Counted from the stretch's first letter, positions 31,325 through 42,084 are shown. The stretch: DNA of 64,000 nt from an uncultured Gemmataceae bacterium (GCA_963750165.1 CAVVPN010000011.1:1408001-1472000); one strand, 5' to 3'. Notes: generated by a model from the sequence alone, not told the origin. Translations and numbers: made by a program.

Positions 31325-32133
31325 GGTCGGTCCTCTTTGTTAAATACCGGCGATTCCGCGGCCTGCTGGCGGCGTTCCCACTCCGCCAGCAGGCCGCAGG
31401 CGTCGCTGAAACCGAGGTCGTCGAGCGGCACTTGCCCTTTCCAGGGCTGTGGCGGCGGCGGATCCGGCCTTCTCAGGCGGCGGACGGCGCGGCTCGCGAC
31501 GAGGCGCTGGGCCGGCGTCAACCCCGGGAACAGGTCACGGATCTGCACGCCGATGGTGGTGCTCGGGATGAGGGGGTGGCGCCTGTTGCGCGTGTAGATG
31601 GCGTAATAATACAACACCAGGTCCGTCAGCCGATAAGGCTGGTCGATCAGGTGGCAGTCGGCATCGTGCCGCCAGTCCTCGTTGCGAAAATTCACGTCCA
31701 GCAGCAGCACGTCCGGCCAGTAGCGCTGTACGTACTTCGCGTCCGTCCGGCACAGCTGCACGATGCACCACAAATACAGCTCGTCGTAGGAGCGTTCCTC
31801 GAAGGGCGAGAACTCGTCAAGCAGGATGCCCAGCATTTCCTCGATATTCGGGTAGCCCAGCCGCCGCAGCGTCTCGACGAGGTACAGGAAACTGCCGATG
31901 TCGCTGAGGCGCATCTCCGGCGCGGGGCTGCGGAGGGCGTCGGCGATGGGGCGGCGCAGTTGCCAGAAACGGTCGAGCAAGATCGGGCGCAGTTCGTGCA
32001 GCGGCCCCAACTCCCCCAGCGCCGCCGGTGCGTGCGGGTTAACCTGCGGCCGCAGGTCGCCGCGCTCCGCCTCGGTGCGATACCGCGCTCGTTGCTCCTC
32101 GTCCACGGTGCGTCCCCCGGCAAGTTGGGTCAT
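31321..32133 (-). CDS. Hypothetical protein
   Basis: 270-aa ORF with globular composition; ATGA-coupled to the EF-hand gene. Confidence 0.7.
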   Translation of the reverse strand: MTQLAGGRTVDEEQRARYRTEAERGDLRPQVNPHAPAALGELGPLHELRPILLDRFWQLRRPIADALRSPAPEMRLSDIGSFLYLVETLRRLGYPNIEEMLGILLDEFSPFEERSYDELYLWCIVQLCRTDAKYVQRYWPDVLLLDVNFRNEDWRHDADCHLIDQPYRLTDLVLYYYAIYTRNRRHPLIPSTTIGVQIRDLFPGLTPAQRLVASRAVRRLRRPDPPPPQPWKGQVPLDDLGFSDACGLLAEWERRQQAAESPVFNKEDRP

Positions 32134-32134
32134 C

Positions 32135-32202
32135 GGCGAGCGGCGCGGCGTCAGCCCGCCGGTGCTTCGAGTTACCGGCGGGCTGACGCCGCGCCGCTCG
32201 CC
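32135..32202. repeat. REP-like palindrome (same family as 63085-63168)
   Basis: ggcgagcggcgcggcgtcagcccgccggt ... accggcgggctgacgccgcgccgctcgcc. Confidence 0.9.
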
Positions 32203-32411
32203 TTACACATCTGGCAGCATAACCGCGCCCGCCGCCGGACGCCAGAGGCCGTGCCGTTTGACAGACGAACGCCGCTCCCGCATACTGGTCGGCGACGGAG
32301 GCGGTGGCCGCCCGCCGCATGGCGCTGACGGGCTACCGGTTGGCGGACCAGATCGGGTGCGTGTGCAAGGCCGCCGAGAAATAACGGGACGCCCTTCCCG
32401 GGAGGAAGGCC

Positions 32412-33091
32412 ATGTATGAGTTTTGCCCGCACTGCGGACAGACCATCAGCGGCGAGCGAGTCGTGGGCCGGACGGTGATGTGCGAACACTGCGGCAAAAG
32501 CGTCGGCACCCTGGCCCCGCCGCCGCAGAAAGTGGTGGTGGACGCCACCAAGGAGTTGATCCGCCGCGGCACCGCCCGCGCTGTCCGGTCTGTCAGCAGG
32601 TCGTCGAACTGAAGGCGCCGGCGCGAATGTTTGTGCCGCACTTCCCCCCGGGGCAGCGCAAGGTGTGCCCCGGCAGCGGCAAGGCGGCGCCCGCGCCGGA
32701 GACGCCAGCGGCGCCCGTCCGGCCCGCGCCGATCCCGCGACCGCCCGGCGTCAAGGACTTCAGCGCCCAGATGACGCGGGACTTCATCAAGGTCGTTTCG
32801 TGCCGCAAGGACGCCGAGCCGCGGATCGAGGAACTGACGCTGGAATATCTCGACAAGAACGACCGGGTGCGTCTGCAAATCGACGCGCTGCGGGACATTC
32901 TCGGCAACGACTTTCGACTGCAACCGTACCCACCGGCGCTGAACCGGCCGCACCTGGCTGTCTGGGGCAACGCCGCCGCCTGGGTGGTCGCCCACAAGCA
33001 CGACCGCGGCGGTTACGAGACGATGTCGGACGCGGAGCTGGGCCAGGTACTGGCGGAGGTGCGGCAACACGCGCGGCTGTTCTGCCAGTGA
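32412..33091 (+). CDS. Hypothetical double Zn-ribbon protein (frameshift near 32575)
   Basis: GGAGG RBS. CPHCG...CEHCG, then CPVCQ...H...CPGSG and a globular C-terminal domain in the next frame. Confidence 0.65.
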
Positions 33092-33258
33092 AAAAAAGCT
33101 GACCGTCATCACGGGGTTTCCTTTGGACGTTTCAGAGGAGAAAAGTAGCCATCTGTCCCGCCCGAAACTCCCTGAATTCACTGGGATCGCAGCATTCACT
33201 GTGCCATCGGCCTGGCGGGCTATCAATCCTCCGGTAGCAGCGCAGCCTCGGAAAAAAA

Positions 33259-34854
33259 CTAGGACAGCAAAGCCGGCTGGAGCAGTTTTTCCTCCAACTG
33301 TTGGAGGAACGCCCGGGGATTGCGACGGAACCGTGTGCGGTTGACTCGGCGGCGGCGGCGGGACTCCAGGTGTTGGCGGAGTTCCGCCTGCCTGACCGGG
33401 TCTGCCTCCGCCAACTCTTCCGCTGTGTAGACGTGCTGCCGGGTCGCCGCGGCCGCCAACACGCGGGCCTCCCCACGGAGCACCAGACTCGGGGACGCCC
33501 CCGTGCGGCCGCTGGCCCGGCGCTCGTGGTAGCGATGGCTGCCGAAGAACTGCTCCAGGTCGTTGTTCGTCCGCGGTAGGTCCGCGACGGCGTAGCAGTG
33601 GAACAGCCCCGGCCAGTAGCTCCGGGTGACCTTCACGAAGTGCTCGACCCCGCTCGCCAGCGCCCCGACCAGCCCGCGGTGGCGGGTCATCGCCCCGAGC
33701 AGACCACCCAGGCGCTGCCGCACGGCTGGGGCCACCCCGGGGCCGTGTTCGCCCAGCAGGTGCGCCGCCTGCCAGACCCAGGCGAAGGCCACGCGCACCG
33801 GGGGCCACAGCGGCGCCGTGGCCGCCAACGCCGCCACGAGCAGCAGCCTCAGCCGGACGAGTTCTTTCGGGAGCCCCTTTTTCGGCCACCCCGTCCAGGC
33901 TGGCCACCACGGCGCTCAGGCGGTCGTGGAGTTTCAGCCCGGACGCTTCCAGGGGCGGCCGGCCGTCGTCGGTCACGGCACTGCGGACCGCGTCGCAGTA
34001 CCCCTGGATGGCCTGGGCCTCGGGGTCGGTGCGGCCCTCCACCTGGCGCTCGAGGGGCCGCACGCCGCGGACGCGCTTCTTGAGTTCCTTCTTGGCGTGG
34101 CGGTCGGCCTCGTAGATGGGCCGGGCGGCTTCGCGGAGGTAGTGGAAGTGGCAGAGTTGGTGCGGCACGCCGGGCAAGGCTTCGGCCACGGCCTTGCGGA
34201 TGGAGTGCTGGCCGTCGGAGACCACCCCGGTGATCGGCACCGCCAGGCCGTCGCGCACCTGGCCGATGAGTTCGGCCAGGTCCTGCTGCCGGCTGGACAA
34301 CAGGCTGCGCGCAGCAGGACGGTGCCGGAGAGGCAGTCGCGCAACACCCAGAGCACCTCGTGGCCGACGTCGGGCTGCAGGCCGTCGATGGCCAGGATGA
34401 CGCGGCCCTGCGCGGCCAGCAACCCGCGCAGGCGGCCGGCGTCGGTCAGGGTGACGGCCAGCAGTTCGTCGTAGCGCTCCAGGAGGTTGGTGACCGTCCG
34501 CTCGGCGATGGCCAGGCCCCGGGCGACCAGGTGCTGGTGGATCTCGGGGACGGAGCGGTGCTCGGCGTAGCGGAGGGCGCCGAGGTGGGCGATGACGTCC
34601 AGGCCGAACTCGTGCTGGGGCAGGGCGTGGCGGCCCTCGGCCTCGGGCCGGTAGGGCTGCAGGTGGCGTGGGCAGTCGGCGGTGTGGCAGCGGCGGATGT
34701 GGAGCACCAGCCGTGTCAGGCCCAGCAGGGTGACGACGGTGCGGTCGTTCCGGTAGTCGGACCACATCCGTCGGTGGCAGGCGGGGCAGTCCTGGTACAA
34801 GGCGTCCAGGTGTTGGGTGAAGGTGGGTTCGGGGCGGGGCGCCTTCCTGGCCAT
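33259..34854 (-). CDS. DDE transposase; probable programmed -1 shift at AAAAAGGGG (~33874-33882) plus an extra shift near 34310
   Basis: CPAC..C..C Zn finger, AIDGLQPD, VVSDGQ, HQLCHFHYLR, LPRTNNDLEQFFG. Stop codon TAG lies within the IR. Confidence 0.85.
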
Positions 34855-35036
34855 GGCAAGCTCCTGGGTTGGGGGGCTTTGCTACGCAACTCGTTTTTCG
34901 CGGTACGCCTCGGTAACGTTCCGTGACGAACGGGACCAACCGCGGGACGAAATTACATTACGTATCAAAGCCGGGTTGGGGCGCTAAAGCGTAACCCAAA
35001 CCCAGGTTAGCTGTCTAGCCGGCTTTGCTGTCCTAG
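33259..35036 (-). mobile_element. Insertion sequence (1778 bp, unclassified/ISNCY-like DDE)
   Basis: Perfect 20-bp terminal IRs CTAGGACAGCAAAGCCGGCT (33259-33278 and 35017-35036). A7 run on both flanks (33252-33258 and 35037-35043). Confidence 0.88.
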
Positions 35037-35132
35037 AAAAAAATGGCAAAACCCCTACTGACATGCCTCACCCCGTTTGGTATATCCCCGCCGGTCAACA
35101 AACCGCCTGCCCCCCAATGGAGAATGTGGCGC

Positions 35133-35858
35133 ATGAAACTACGCCACCCCTGGTTCACGAAGCTCTGTGCCCTGGCCGGCTCGCTGGGTCTGCGCGGCTG
35201 GGTGGGGACGCTGCGCTTTCAGTACGCCAGCCTCGGCCCGGAGTCGCACCCGTACCGGCTGCCCTCCGACCGGCGCCACCTGTATGCCTTCTGGCACGAA
35301 ACCCTGCTGCTGCCGACCTACGCCTTCCGGAACATCGACTGTGCCGTGCTGATCGGCCGCCACGCCGACGGCGAACTGATCGCTGACGTGGCCCGGCGGT
35401 TCGGCTTCCGGGCGGTGCGCGGCTCCTCGACGCGCGGCGGCGTCGAGGCGGTGCGCCGGCTGCTGCACGCGGAGCCGCACGGCCACCTCGCCGTGACGCC
35501 GGACGGGCCGCGTGGGCCGCGGCGCGTGGTGCAGCCGGGGGTGGCGTACCTGGCGTCGCGCCTGGGCCTGCCCGTGGTGCCGACCGGCTTCGGCTTCGAC
35601 CGGCCGTGGCGCTGCAGCAGCTGGGACCGCTTCGTGATCCCACGGCCGTTCAGCCGCACCTGCTGCGTCACGGCGGTGCCGGTCACCGTGCCCGCCGACG
35701 CCGACCGCCATGACCTGGAAGCGTACCGCGGCCGCATTGAAGACACGCTGCACCACGTCTCGGCGCTGGCGGAGCGCTGGGCCGAGCAGGGCATTCCCCC
35801 GGAAGCGGCCGACGCTCCCGTCGCGATCGAGATCAGCCCGTTGCGACGGTCGGCCTGA
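35133..35858 (+). CDS. DUF374 / lysophospholipid acyltransferase-family protein (copy 1)
   Basis: YAFWH, IGRHADGELI, VRGSSTRGG, TPDGPRGPR, SWDRF.IPRPFS. Confidence 0.88.
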   Translation: MKLRHPWFTKLCALAGSLGLRGWVGTLRFQYASLGPESHPYRLPSDRRHLYAFWHETLLLPTYAFRNIDCAVLIGRHADGELIADVARRFGFRAVRGSSTRGGVEAVRRLLHAEPHGHLAVTPDGPRGPRRVVQPGVAYLASRLGLPVVPTGFGFDRPWRCSSWDRFVIPRPFSRTCCVTAVPVTVPADADRHDLEAYRGRIEDTLHHVSALAERWAEQGIPPEAADAPVAIEISPLRRSA

Positions 35859-35951
35859 CCCATTTGCCCAAACTGCTACAGACGGCCCGCGCCGCCTGTG
35901 TTATACCCTTACCGTGGAGAACGGGCTCATCGCGACCAAGGACGACACCGC

Positions 35952-36674
35952 ATGAAACTTCGCCACCCCTGGCTCATCAAGACGGCGGGCTGCGGCATTG
36001 CCCTGCTGCTGCGGGCCTGGATCGGCAGCCTCCGGTATCAGCACCATGCCCTGGGCACCGACGCCGAGCCGCCCCGGGTGGCGCCCGGCACTCGCTACCT
36101 GTATGCTTTCTGGCACGAGTATTTGCTGCTGCCCGCCTTCCGCTATGCCTTCACCGACGCGACCATCCTCATCGGCCAGCACGCCGACGGCCAGCTCATC
36201 ACCGAGGTGTGCCGGCACCTGGGGCTGCGGGCGGCCCGCGGTTGCACCACACGCAACGGCGACCGGGCGGTGCGGCACCTGATGAACGAGACGCACGGCC
36301 ACATCGTCATCACACCGGACGGCCCACGCGGGCCGCGGCGCGTCGTCAAGCCGGGGCTGGTGTACCTGGCGTCGCGGCTGGGGCTGCCCATCGTGCCGGC
36401 CGGCTTCGGCCTGGAGCGGCCCTGGCGCGGCCGTAGCTGGGACCGCTTCGCCATGCCGCGCCCTGGCAGCCGCGCCTGCGTCGTCACCGACGAACTGGTC
36501 CGCGTCCCCGCCACCGCCGACCGCGACACGCTGGAGGTGTACCGCTTGCACGTCCAGGCCGCCATCAACCGCGCCACCACTCTGGCCGAGCGCTGGGCCG
36601 CGGAGAAAATGCCGCCCCACGGCGCCCTGCCGCTGCCCGCGCCCGCATTACCGGCCAAAAAGCTGGCAGGTTAG
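35952..36674 (+). CDS. DUF374 / lysophospholipid acyltransferase-family protein (copy 2)
   Basis: Same MKLRHPW start, YAFWH, HADGQLI, RGCTTRNG, TPDGPRGPR, SWDRF.MPRP. Confidence 0.88.
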   Translation: MKLRHPWLIKTAGCGIALLLRAWIGSLRYQHHALGTDAEPPRVAPGTRYLYAFWHEYLLLPAFRYAFTDATILIGQHADGQLITEVCRHLGLRAARGCTTRNGDRAVRHLMNETHGHIVITPDGPRGPRRVVKPGLVYLASRLGLPIVPAGFGLERPWRGRSWDRFAMPRPGSRACVVTDELVRVPATADRDTLEVYRLHVQAAINRATTLAERWAAEKMPPHGALPLPAPALPAKKLAG

Positions 36675-36889
36675 GCAATCCGTGCGGCCCGCGGCCGCGC
36701 CTGCCTTTCGCCTTTCTTGCCATTTCCGCCCGGCTTGGCCTTGCAAATCTGGCTCGGCATTCATACCTTTTGCCGCAGCGCTTCAATTTCGTCCCGCTTT
36801 TTGCAAGTTCCCCAAGGGTTGCCGTTGGTGCTGGCGCCGGCCAGCGCCGCCCAACCCACCCGACTTTCTTTGTGAAAGGATCGTATCTG

Positions 36890-38725
36890 ATGGAATTGCC
36901 GAGTCGTCCCAAGACCGACCGCTATACCCGACCCGGCGAGTACCTCGAAATCGAGGCCCGCGTCCGCAGCCGCCCGGGTAACGCGGACATCCCCACGCTG
37001 GTCGCCTACGCATTCGACTACCGCACCCGGCTCGGGCCGTATCTCTTCCTGGATCGCAGCCTGTTGCCGGCCGGCCCGCGCACCGTCGCCGCCGCCCTGC
37101 ACCGCGCCGGCTTCACGCGCACGCGCGTCCTTATGCGCCAGCTCAATCCCAACGTGCTGGTCAGCCAGTCGCACCTCGACGGTCGCGTCCCCGAGATGCT
37201 GTTTGTCTCCAGCATGCAGATCCACAGCGCCAGCGCTTACGAGCTGATCCGCGACGCCCACAAGCTGGGCGACGCCCGCCCGTTCATCGTCGCCGGCGGC
37301 GCCAAGGCCATTTACGAGCCGTGGGACTTCTTCGGCCTGGGTCCCGACGCCAACGAGAGCGCCGACGTGGTCTGCACCGGCGAGGAGTTCGTCATGCTCG
37401 AACTGCTCGACCGGCTGACGGAGTACCGCGGTCGCGGCGAGCACATCCGCAAGACGTTTCACCGCCTGCGCCGCAGCGGCCTGCTGGACGACATCCAGGG
37501 CCTGGTGTTCCGCGAGGGCGACGAGCGCGACCCGCTCAGCCGGCTGGTGGACACGGGCATTCAGCGCATGGTGCAGAACCTGGACGAACTGCCGCACCCG
37601 GTCGAGGCCCTGGGGTTGATCGAGCCGACGCACAAGCGCCGCCAGTTGTCGGCGAAGGCGATCCCGGCGCACCGGCTGAAGCGCTACGCCAAACTCATCT
37701 CGCTGGTGACGACGCACGGCTGCAAGTTCCACTGCCCGTACTGCCCGATCCCGGCGTACAACCAGTTCACGTTCCGCTTCAAGAGCGGCGAGCGGTTGCG
37801 CGACGAAATCCAGGGCATCATCGAGCTGACCGGCATTTCGACGCTGTTCGGCACCGACGACAACTTCTTCAACAACCGCGAGACGGTGCAGGAGACGTTT
37901 GAGGTGCTGGCCAAGGGCCGGGCGAACGGCAAGCCGTTCCGCGACATCGTGTTCTTCGGCACCGAGGCGACCGAGTTCGACGTGTTCAAGAACCAGGATC
38001 TGCTGCCGTTGTGCCGCGAGGGCGGTCTGCGGGCGATCTGGTTCGGCATTGAGGACATGACCGCCGAGCTGGTCAAAAAGGGCCAGAGCCCGGAGAAGAC
38101 GGAGAAGCTGTTCAAGCTTCTCAACGGCCACGGCATCTGTCCGATGCCAATGATGATGCACCACGACGGCCAACCGCTGCTGAGCCGTGGCAACCTGTAC
38201 GGGCTGCTGAACCAGGTGAACTTTCTGCGCAAGGCGGGTAGCGTCAGCGTGCAGGTGACGATCCTGACCCCGTCGGTTGGCAGCAAGTCCTACGAGGAGA
38301 ACTACGAGAAGGGCATGGTCATCGAGCAGGCCGGCGGCCACAAGGTCGAGGACTACCAGTTCGACGGCAACCACTGCATCGCGACGGAGGACCCACACCC
38401 GTGGCGCAAGCAGTTCAACATTTACATGGGCTACCTGACGTTCTACAACCCGATCAACTTCGTGCGCGTGCTGTTCAACTGGAAGGATCCGCTGTGGGAC
38501 GCACGGCTGCTGTGGCAGGTGTACGGCATCGCGGGCGTGGTGCGGTCGTTCTGGCAGGGCTTCGGCTGGCTCAGGAGCCTGTTCACCGGGCCGATCCGCA
38601 AGACGACGGAGTTGCCGCGCAAGCGTCTGGAGATGATCGCGCCGCTGCCGAACTACCGGGCGGTGTCGGAGCCGGCGACAGTTAGTTCGCTGGCCTCGCT
38701 GCCGCTGGTGGAGCAGTCGGCTTGA
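36890..38725 (+). CDS. Cobalamin-binding radical SAM enzyme
   Basis: N-terminal B12-binding-like region (VSSMQIH, IVAGG, ADVVCTGE), TTHGCKFHCPYC (CxxxCxxC), GTDDNFF, IWFGIE, KKGQ, ILTP..GS. Confidence 0.88.
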   Translation: MELPSRPKTDRYTRPGEYLEIEARVRSRPGNADIPTLVAYAFDYRTRLGPYLFLDRSLLPAGPRTVAAALHRAGFTRTRVLMRQLNPNVLVSQSHLDGRVPEMLFVSSMQIHSASAYELIRDAHKLGDARPFIVAGGAKAIYEPWDFFGLGPDANESADVVCTGEEFVMLELLDRLTEYRGRGEHIRKTFHRLRRSGLLDDIQGLVFREGDERDPLSRLVDTGIQRMVQNLDELPHPVEALGLIEPTHKRRQLSAKAIPAHRLKRYAKLISLVTTHGCKFHCPYCPIPAYNQFTFRFKSGERLRDEIQGIIELTGISTLFGTDDNFFNNRETVQETFEVLAKGRANGKPFRDIVFFGTEATEFDVFKNQDLLPLCREGGLRAIWFGIEDMTAELVKKGQSPEKTEKLFKLLNGHGICPMPMMMHHDGQPLLSRGNLYGLLNQVNFLRKAGSVSVQVTILTPSVGSKSYEENYEKGMVIEQAGGHKVEDYQFDGNHCIATEDPHPWRKQFNIYMGYLTFYNPINFVRVLFNWKDPLWDARLLWQVYGIAGVVRSFWQGFGWLRSLFTGPIRKTTELPRKRLEMIAPLPNYRAVSEPATVSSLASLPLVEQSA

Positions 38726-38741
38726 TGGCGGATTGGATGTC

Positions 38742-38775
38742 CGGTCAGAAGGCTGGGGCACCAGCCTTCTGACCG
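38742..38775. repeat. 15-bp perfect hairpin without U-tract
   Basis: cggtcagaaggctgg-ggca-ccagccttctgaccg. Confidence 0.85.
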
Positions 38776-38791
38776 CAGGAGGGAATTGCAG

Positions 38792-39076
38792 ATGGACGAC
38801 CAACTCCCTGAAGATCGCTTTTCTTATGAATCGGCCCGGGAGCGGAACACCGTTGATCTCTCGACGCCCGGCTACTGTCCCAATATGACTTACGACACTG
38901 GCGCCCGCGATGACCTGCCAGTTGATCGCTTTTCTTATGAGTCAGTTCGAGCGCAGGGCATCGTTGAACTTCAGCCGCTTGGCTTCTGGTCCAACTCGAC
39001 TTATGATACTGGCGGCCCCGACGAGCCGATTGTCGTGATTGCTCCCGTGTTGTCGTCTTCCCAAACCATCCACTAA
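38792..39076 (+). CDS. 94-aa peptide made of two 37-aa tandem repeats
   Basis: RBS GGAGG. LPxDRFSYESxR...GxxxNxTYDTG occurs twice with 111-nt period. Confidence 0.7.
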   Translation: MDDQLPEDRFSYESARERNTVDLSTPGYCPNMTYDTGARDDLPVDRFSYESVRAQGIVELQPLGFWSNSTYDTGGPDEPIVVIAPVLSSSQTIH

Positions 39077-39333
39077 CCCGCTGTCCGGTCGAACCAGACC
39101 AGCAAGGCGATGGTGTTGCCATCCTTGGTGATGGGTAATGAAGATCGCACCCGTACCGGGTTCGTCTTCAACCAGTGCATCAGCGCCTGGGCAAGTATGA
39201 TCGGCAACTCCTCTTTGGGCGGCGGCTGCTTGGCAGCCGGCTCAAACGTTACACATCCCTCCCCCTGAATGGTGATTTGGATCAACTTCTGTTTGGCCGG
39301 CCCGTCGCCATTACCACTCAAACGCAGATCCAT
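39073..39333 (-). CDS. Small hypothetical protein
   Basis: 86 aa with GGAG RBS; 4-nt convergent overlap with the repeat peptide. Confidence 0.6.
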   Translation of the reverse strand: MDLRLSGNGDGPAKQKLIQITIQGEGCVTFEPAAKQPPPKEELPIILAQALMHWLKTNPVRVRSSLPITKDGNTIALLVWFDRTAG

Positions 39334-39354
39334 GACGTGCTCTCCGTGAGAATC

Positions 39355-39401
39355 CCCGTTTACGTTTCGCGCGAACTCTGCCCGCGCGAAACGTAAACGG
39401 G
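39355..39401. repeat. REP-like palindrome downstream of sat
   Basis: cccgtttacgtttcgcgcg ... cgcgcgaaacgtaaacggg. Confidence 0.85.
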
Positions 39402-39422
39402 TCAGAGGGGTGCTCGGTCATT

Positions 39423-40685
39423 TCAGGCACTGCCGCGCATGCGTTCCATCAGGATTTTCGCGGTCTCGGGCCGCATGATACGCGGATCGGGCAGCTGGCC
39501 GGCGCGCAGTTTCTCGCGCAGCTCACGACCGCTGATGGACACCTGCTTGTAGCCCTTCGGCCCCCACTCGTCCACCAACCCCACACGCCCCAGTTCCTCG
39601 TAAAACGCCGCGAAGCCGACCTTCACCGGCTGCATGAGCAGTTCGCCCTTGAGTTCGTCGAACTTGCGCTGCGCCGCCAGGCCGTCCCAGATGTCCTTGC
39701 CGTCGTCGAAGGGTGCGTCGGCGTGCTTGCGACCGATGACGATGTCGGTGAAGCCGAAGTTCTGCCGATAGATGGCGTGCATGATCGCCTCCTTCGGCCC
39801 GGCGTAAAACATCTTGATGTCGAGCCCCAGCAGCAGGAGCTGGTCGGTGAGATCGAAGCCGACCTGCTTCCAGAGTTCCTCGTCCTTGTCGCCCTGGCCG
39901 AGCGCCTTGTTGTCGATGAGGGCGCGGTAGGTGCGCATGCGCGTGGCGGCGTCCACGTCGTCGCCCTTGGTCTCGCCGACCAGCGGGTTGAGGACGGCGC
40001 CAGTGAAATGGCCCGCGCGCGTCAACCGCTCCAGGCCGACGACCAGCGCGTATTCATGGGCGCGGTGCAGGGGGTTGCGCGTCTGAAAAGCGACGATGCG
40101 CTGCCAGCCGCGCTCGCGGAACAGCGCCCGCGTCTCGCGCGGCGACAGCACCAGATGGCCGTACTCGGGGTGTTTGGGCTGCGGCAGCACGCGCACCTCA
40201 CCGCCGAGCAGCATGGTGCGCGGGTCATTCATGACCATGTGGCCGCCCGGGTGGTCGGTGCGCTCGGTGCCGTAGACGCCCTTGATGTAGCGCGGCTTGT
40301 CCCACGGGAAAATATCGTTAACGGCCAGCGTGCCGACGATCTCGTCCTTGCCGTTGACCAGCGCCACCGTCTCGCCCGGTTTGAGCGACGCGGCCAGGGC
40401 CTGCTCGACGGGGAACGACAGCGGGATGGTCCAGGCGTAGCGCTTGCCGTTGTGGACGATGACCTCTTCGTCAAGGACGTGGTCGAAGGCGGCGCGGTCC
40501 ATCGGCCCGGTAAGGGGGCTGAGGCCGCCGTCGCCGAAGCGGTACAGCGTGGACAGGTCGGCGTCACTGACGGGGACGCGCCGGAGGCTCGCAGCCTGGC
40601 GGCGGGCCTGCTCTGCCTCCGCGGCCGGAACCTGGCGATCAACGGGTTCGGTGAGGCCGCCGTGGGGCGGGATCAAATCTGGCAT
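39423..40685 (-). CDS. sat: Sulfate adenylyltransferase
   Basis: [61 protein letters not shown]. Confidence 0.95.
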   Translation of the reverse strand: MPDLIPPHGGLTEPVDRQVPAAEAEQARRQAASLRRVPVSDADLSTLYRFGDGGLSPLTGPMDRAAFDHVLDEEVIVHNGKRYAWTIPLSFPVEQALAASLKPGETVALVNGKDEIVGTLAVNDIFPWDKPRYIKGVYGTERTDHPGGHMVMNDPRTMLLGGEVRVLPQPKHPEYGHLVLSPRETRALFRERGWQRIVAFQTRNPLHRAHEYALVVGLERLTRAGHFTGAVLNPLVGETKGDDVDAATRMRTYRALIDNKALGQGDKDEELWKQVGFDLTDQLLLLGLDIKMFYAGPKEAIMHAIYRQNFGFTDIVIGRKHADAPFDDGKDIWDGLAAQRKFDELKGELLMQPVKVGFAAFYEELGRVGLVDEWGPKGYKQVSISGRELREKLRAGQLPDPRIMRPETAKILMERMRGSA

Positions 40686-40717
40686 CCAACAGACTCCGAG
40701 AAAAAACGAGTGGGAAG

Positions 40718-41188
40718 TCACTTCACCGCGGCGGCGTCCAGCACCGCGCGCACGATCTTGTCATAGCCGGTGCAGCGGCACAGGTTGCCGGCCAGGAAGT
40801 GCCGCACCTGCTGCTCGGTCGGCTGCGGATGCTGGTCCAGCAGCGCCCTGGCCGCGACGATGAAACCCGGCGTGCAGATGCCGCATTGCAGCGCCGCGTG
40901 CTCCAGGAATTTTTGTTGCAGCGGGTGCAACCCCTGCGGCGTGGCGACGCCCTCAATGGTTAAGATGCTGCGGCCCTGCACTTCAGGCGCCAGCACCAGG
41001 CAGGCGTTGACCAGCCTGCCGTCGAGCAGGACGTTGCAGGCGCCGCAGTTGCCGTTGTTGCAGCCCTCCTTGCTGCCGGTCAGGCGCAGCTCATCGCGCA
41101 GCACCTCCAGCAGGCTCTGCCGGGCCTCGCACAAAAAGTCCACGTCCTTGCCGTTGATCTTCGCCTGAATGTGGATACGCTTGGTCAC
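40718..41188 (-). CDS. CoxS/XdhC-type (2Fe-2S) subunit
   Basis: [13 protein letters not shown]...[21 protein letters not shown]. Confidence 0.93.
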   Translation of the reverse strand: MTKRIHIQAKINGKDVDFLCEARQSLLEVLRDELRLTGSKEGCNNGNCGACNVLLDGRLVNACLVLAPEVQGRSILTIEGVATPQGLHPLQQKFLEHAALQCGICTPGFIVAARALLDQHPQPTEQQVRHFLAGNLCRCTGYDKIVRAVLDAAAVK

Positions 41189-41209
41189 CGTGGCCTCGTG
41201 GGGTGGGGT

Positions 41210-42084
41210 TTAACTGTGCCGGGCCCGTTCGACGGCGGCGTGCAGGGCACGCTTGACCAGCACGCCGACCAGGTGCCGCCGATAGTCCGCGTCGCCGCGC
41301 ATGTCGCTGATCGGCCGCGCCGCCGCCCGCGCCAGCGCCGCCGTCTTGTCGATTAATGCGTCGCTCAGCGGCCCGTCCACCAGGGCCGCGGCCGCATCGG
41401 CCACCAGCAGCGGTGTCGGCGCCACCGCCCCGAGACTGACGCGCGCCGCGGTGCAGCGCGTGCGGCTGGCGTCGAGCACCACCTGCGTGCCGACGCCGAC
41501 AACGGCGATGTCCATTTCGTTGCGCGGATGAAGCGCAGGTAGCTGGCGCCGGCGTACGGCCGCGGTGGCGGCAGGCGCAGGCTCACGAGGAATTCGCCGG
41601 CCGTCAGCACGTTGCGGCCGGGGCCGGTGCAGAACTGTTCGACCGGCACCTCGCGCTGCCCGCGCGGCCCGGCAATGACGGCGACCGCTTCCAGGGCGAT
41701 CAGGGCCGGCACGGTGTCCGCGGCGGGCGACGAGTTGCACAGGTTGCCGCCGACGCTGGCCCGGCTCTGAATCTGAATGCCGCCCACCAGGGACACCGCA
41801 TCGATCAGGCCGGGGTACGCTTTCGCGATGGCGGCGTCCTCGTAGATGCGGTAGCACGGCACGGCGGCGCCGAGGCGCAGGCCCTGTTTGGGATCGTAGG
41901 ACAGTTCGTTGACCTCGGGTACGTGCTTGATGTCCACGAGCAGATCGACGTGGCGGCGGCCCTCGCGAAGCTGCACGATGAGGTCGGTGCCGCCGGCGAG
42001 GATGCGGGCGCGGTCGCCCTTGTCGGCGAGCAGGCGGACGGCCTCGGCGATGGTGGCGGGGGCGGCGTAGTCGATGGCGTTCAC
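41210..42084 (-). CDS. CoxM/XdhB-type FAD-binding subunit (frameshift near 41525)
   Basis: ILAGGTDL, QI.SRASVGGNLCN.SPAAD; then RNEMDIAVVG, GAVAPTP, PISDMRG..YR in another frame. Confidence 0.9.

Noticed and set aside
32333..34939. 868-aa ORF spanning the IS and its neighbour
   Set aside because: Chance concatenation; only the middle part is real transposase frame, and it crosses the IS end.
38792..39076. 111-bp nucleotide repeat read as CRISPR or a DGR template/variable pair
   Set aside because: Only two units, in frame with conserved amino acids; differences are not adenine-specific and no reverse transcriptase is present.
40718..42084. Aerobic CO dehydrogenase
   Set aside because: No large subunit is present, so substrate cannot be assigned; S and M subunits are shared across the xanthine dehydrogenase family.
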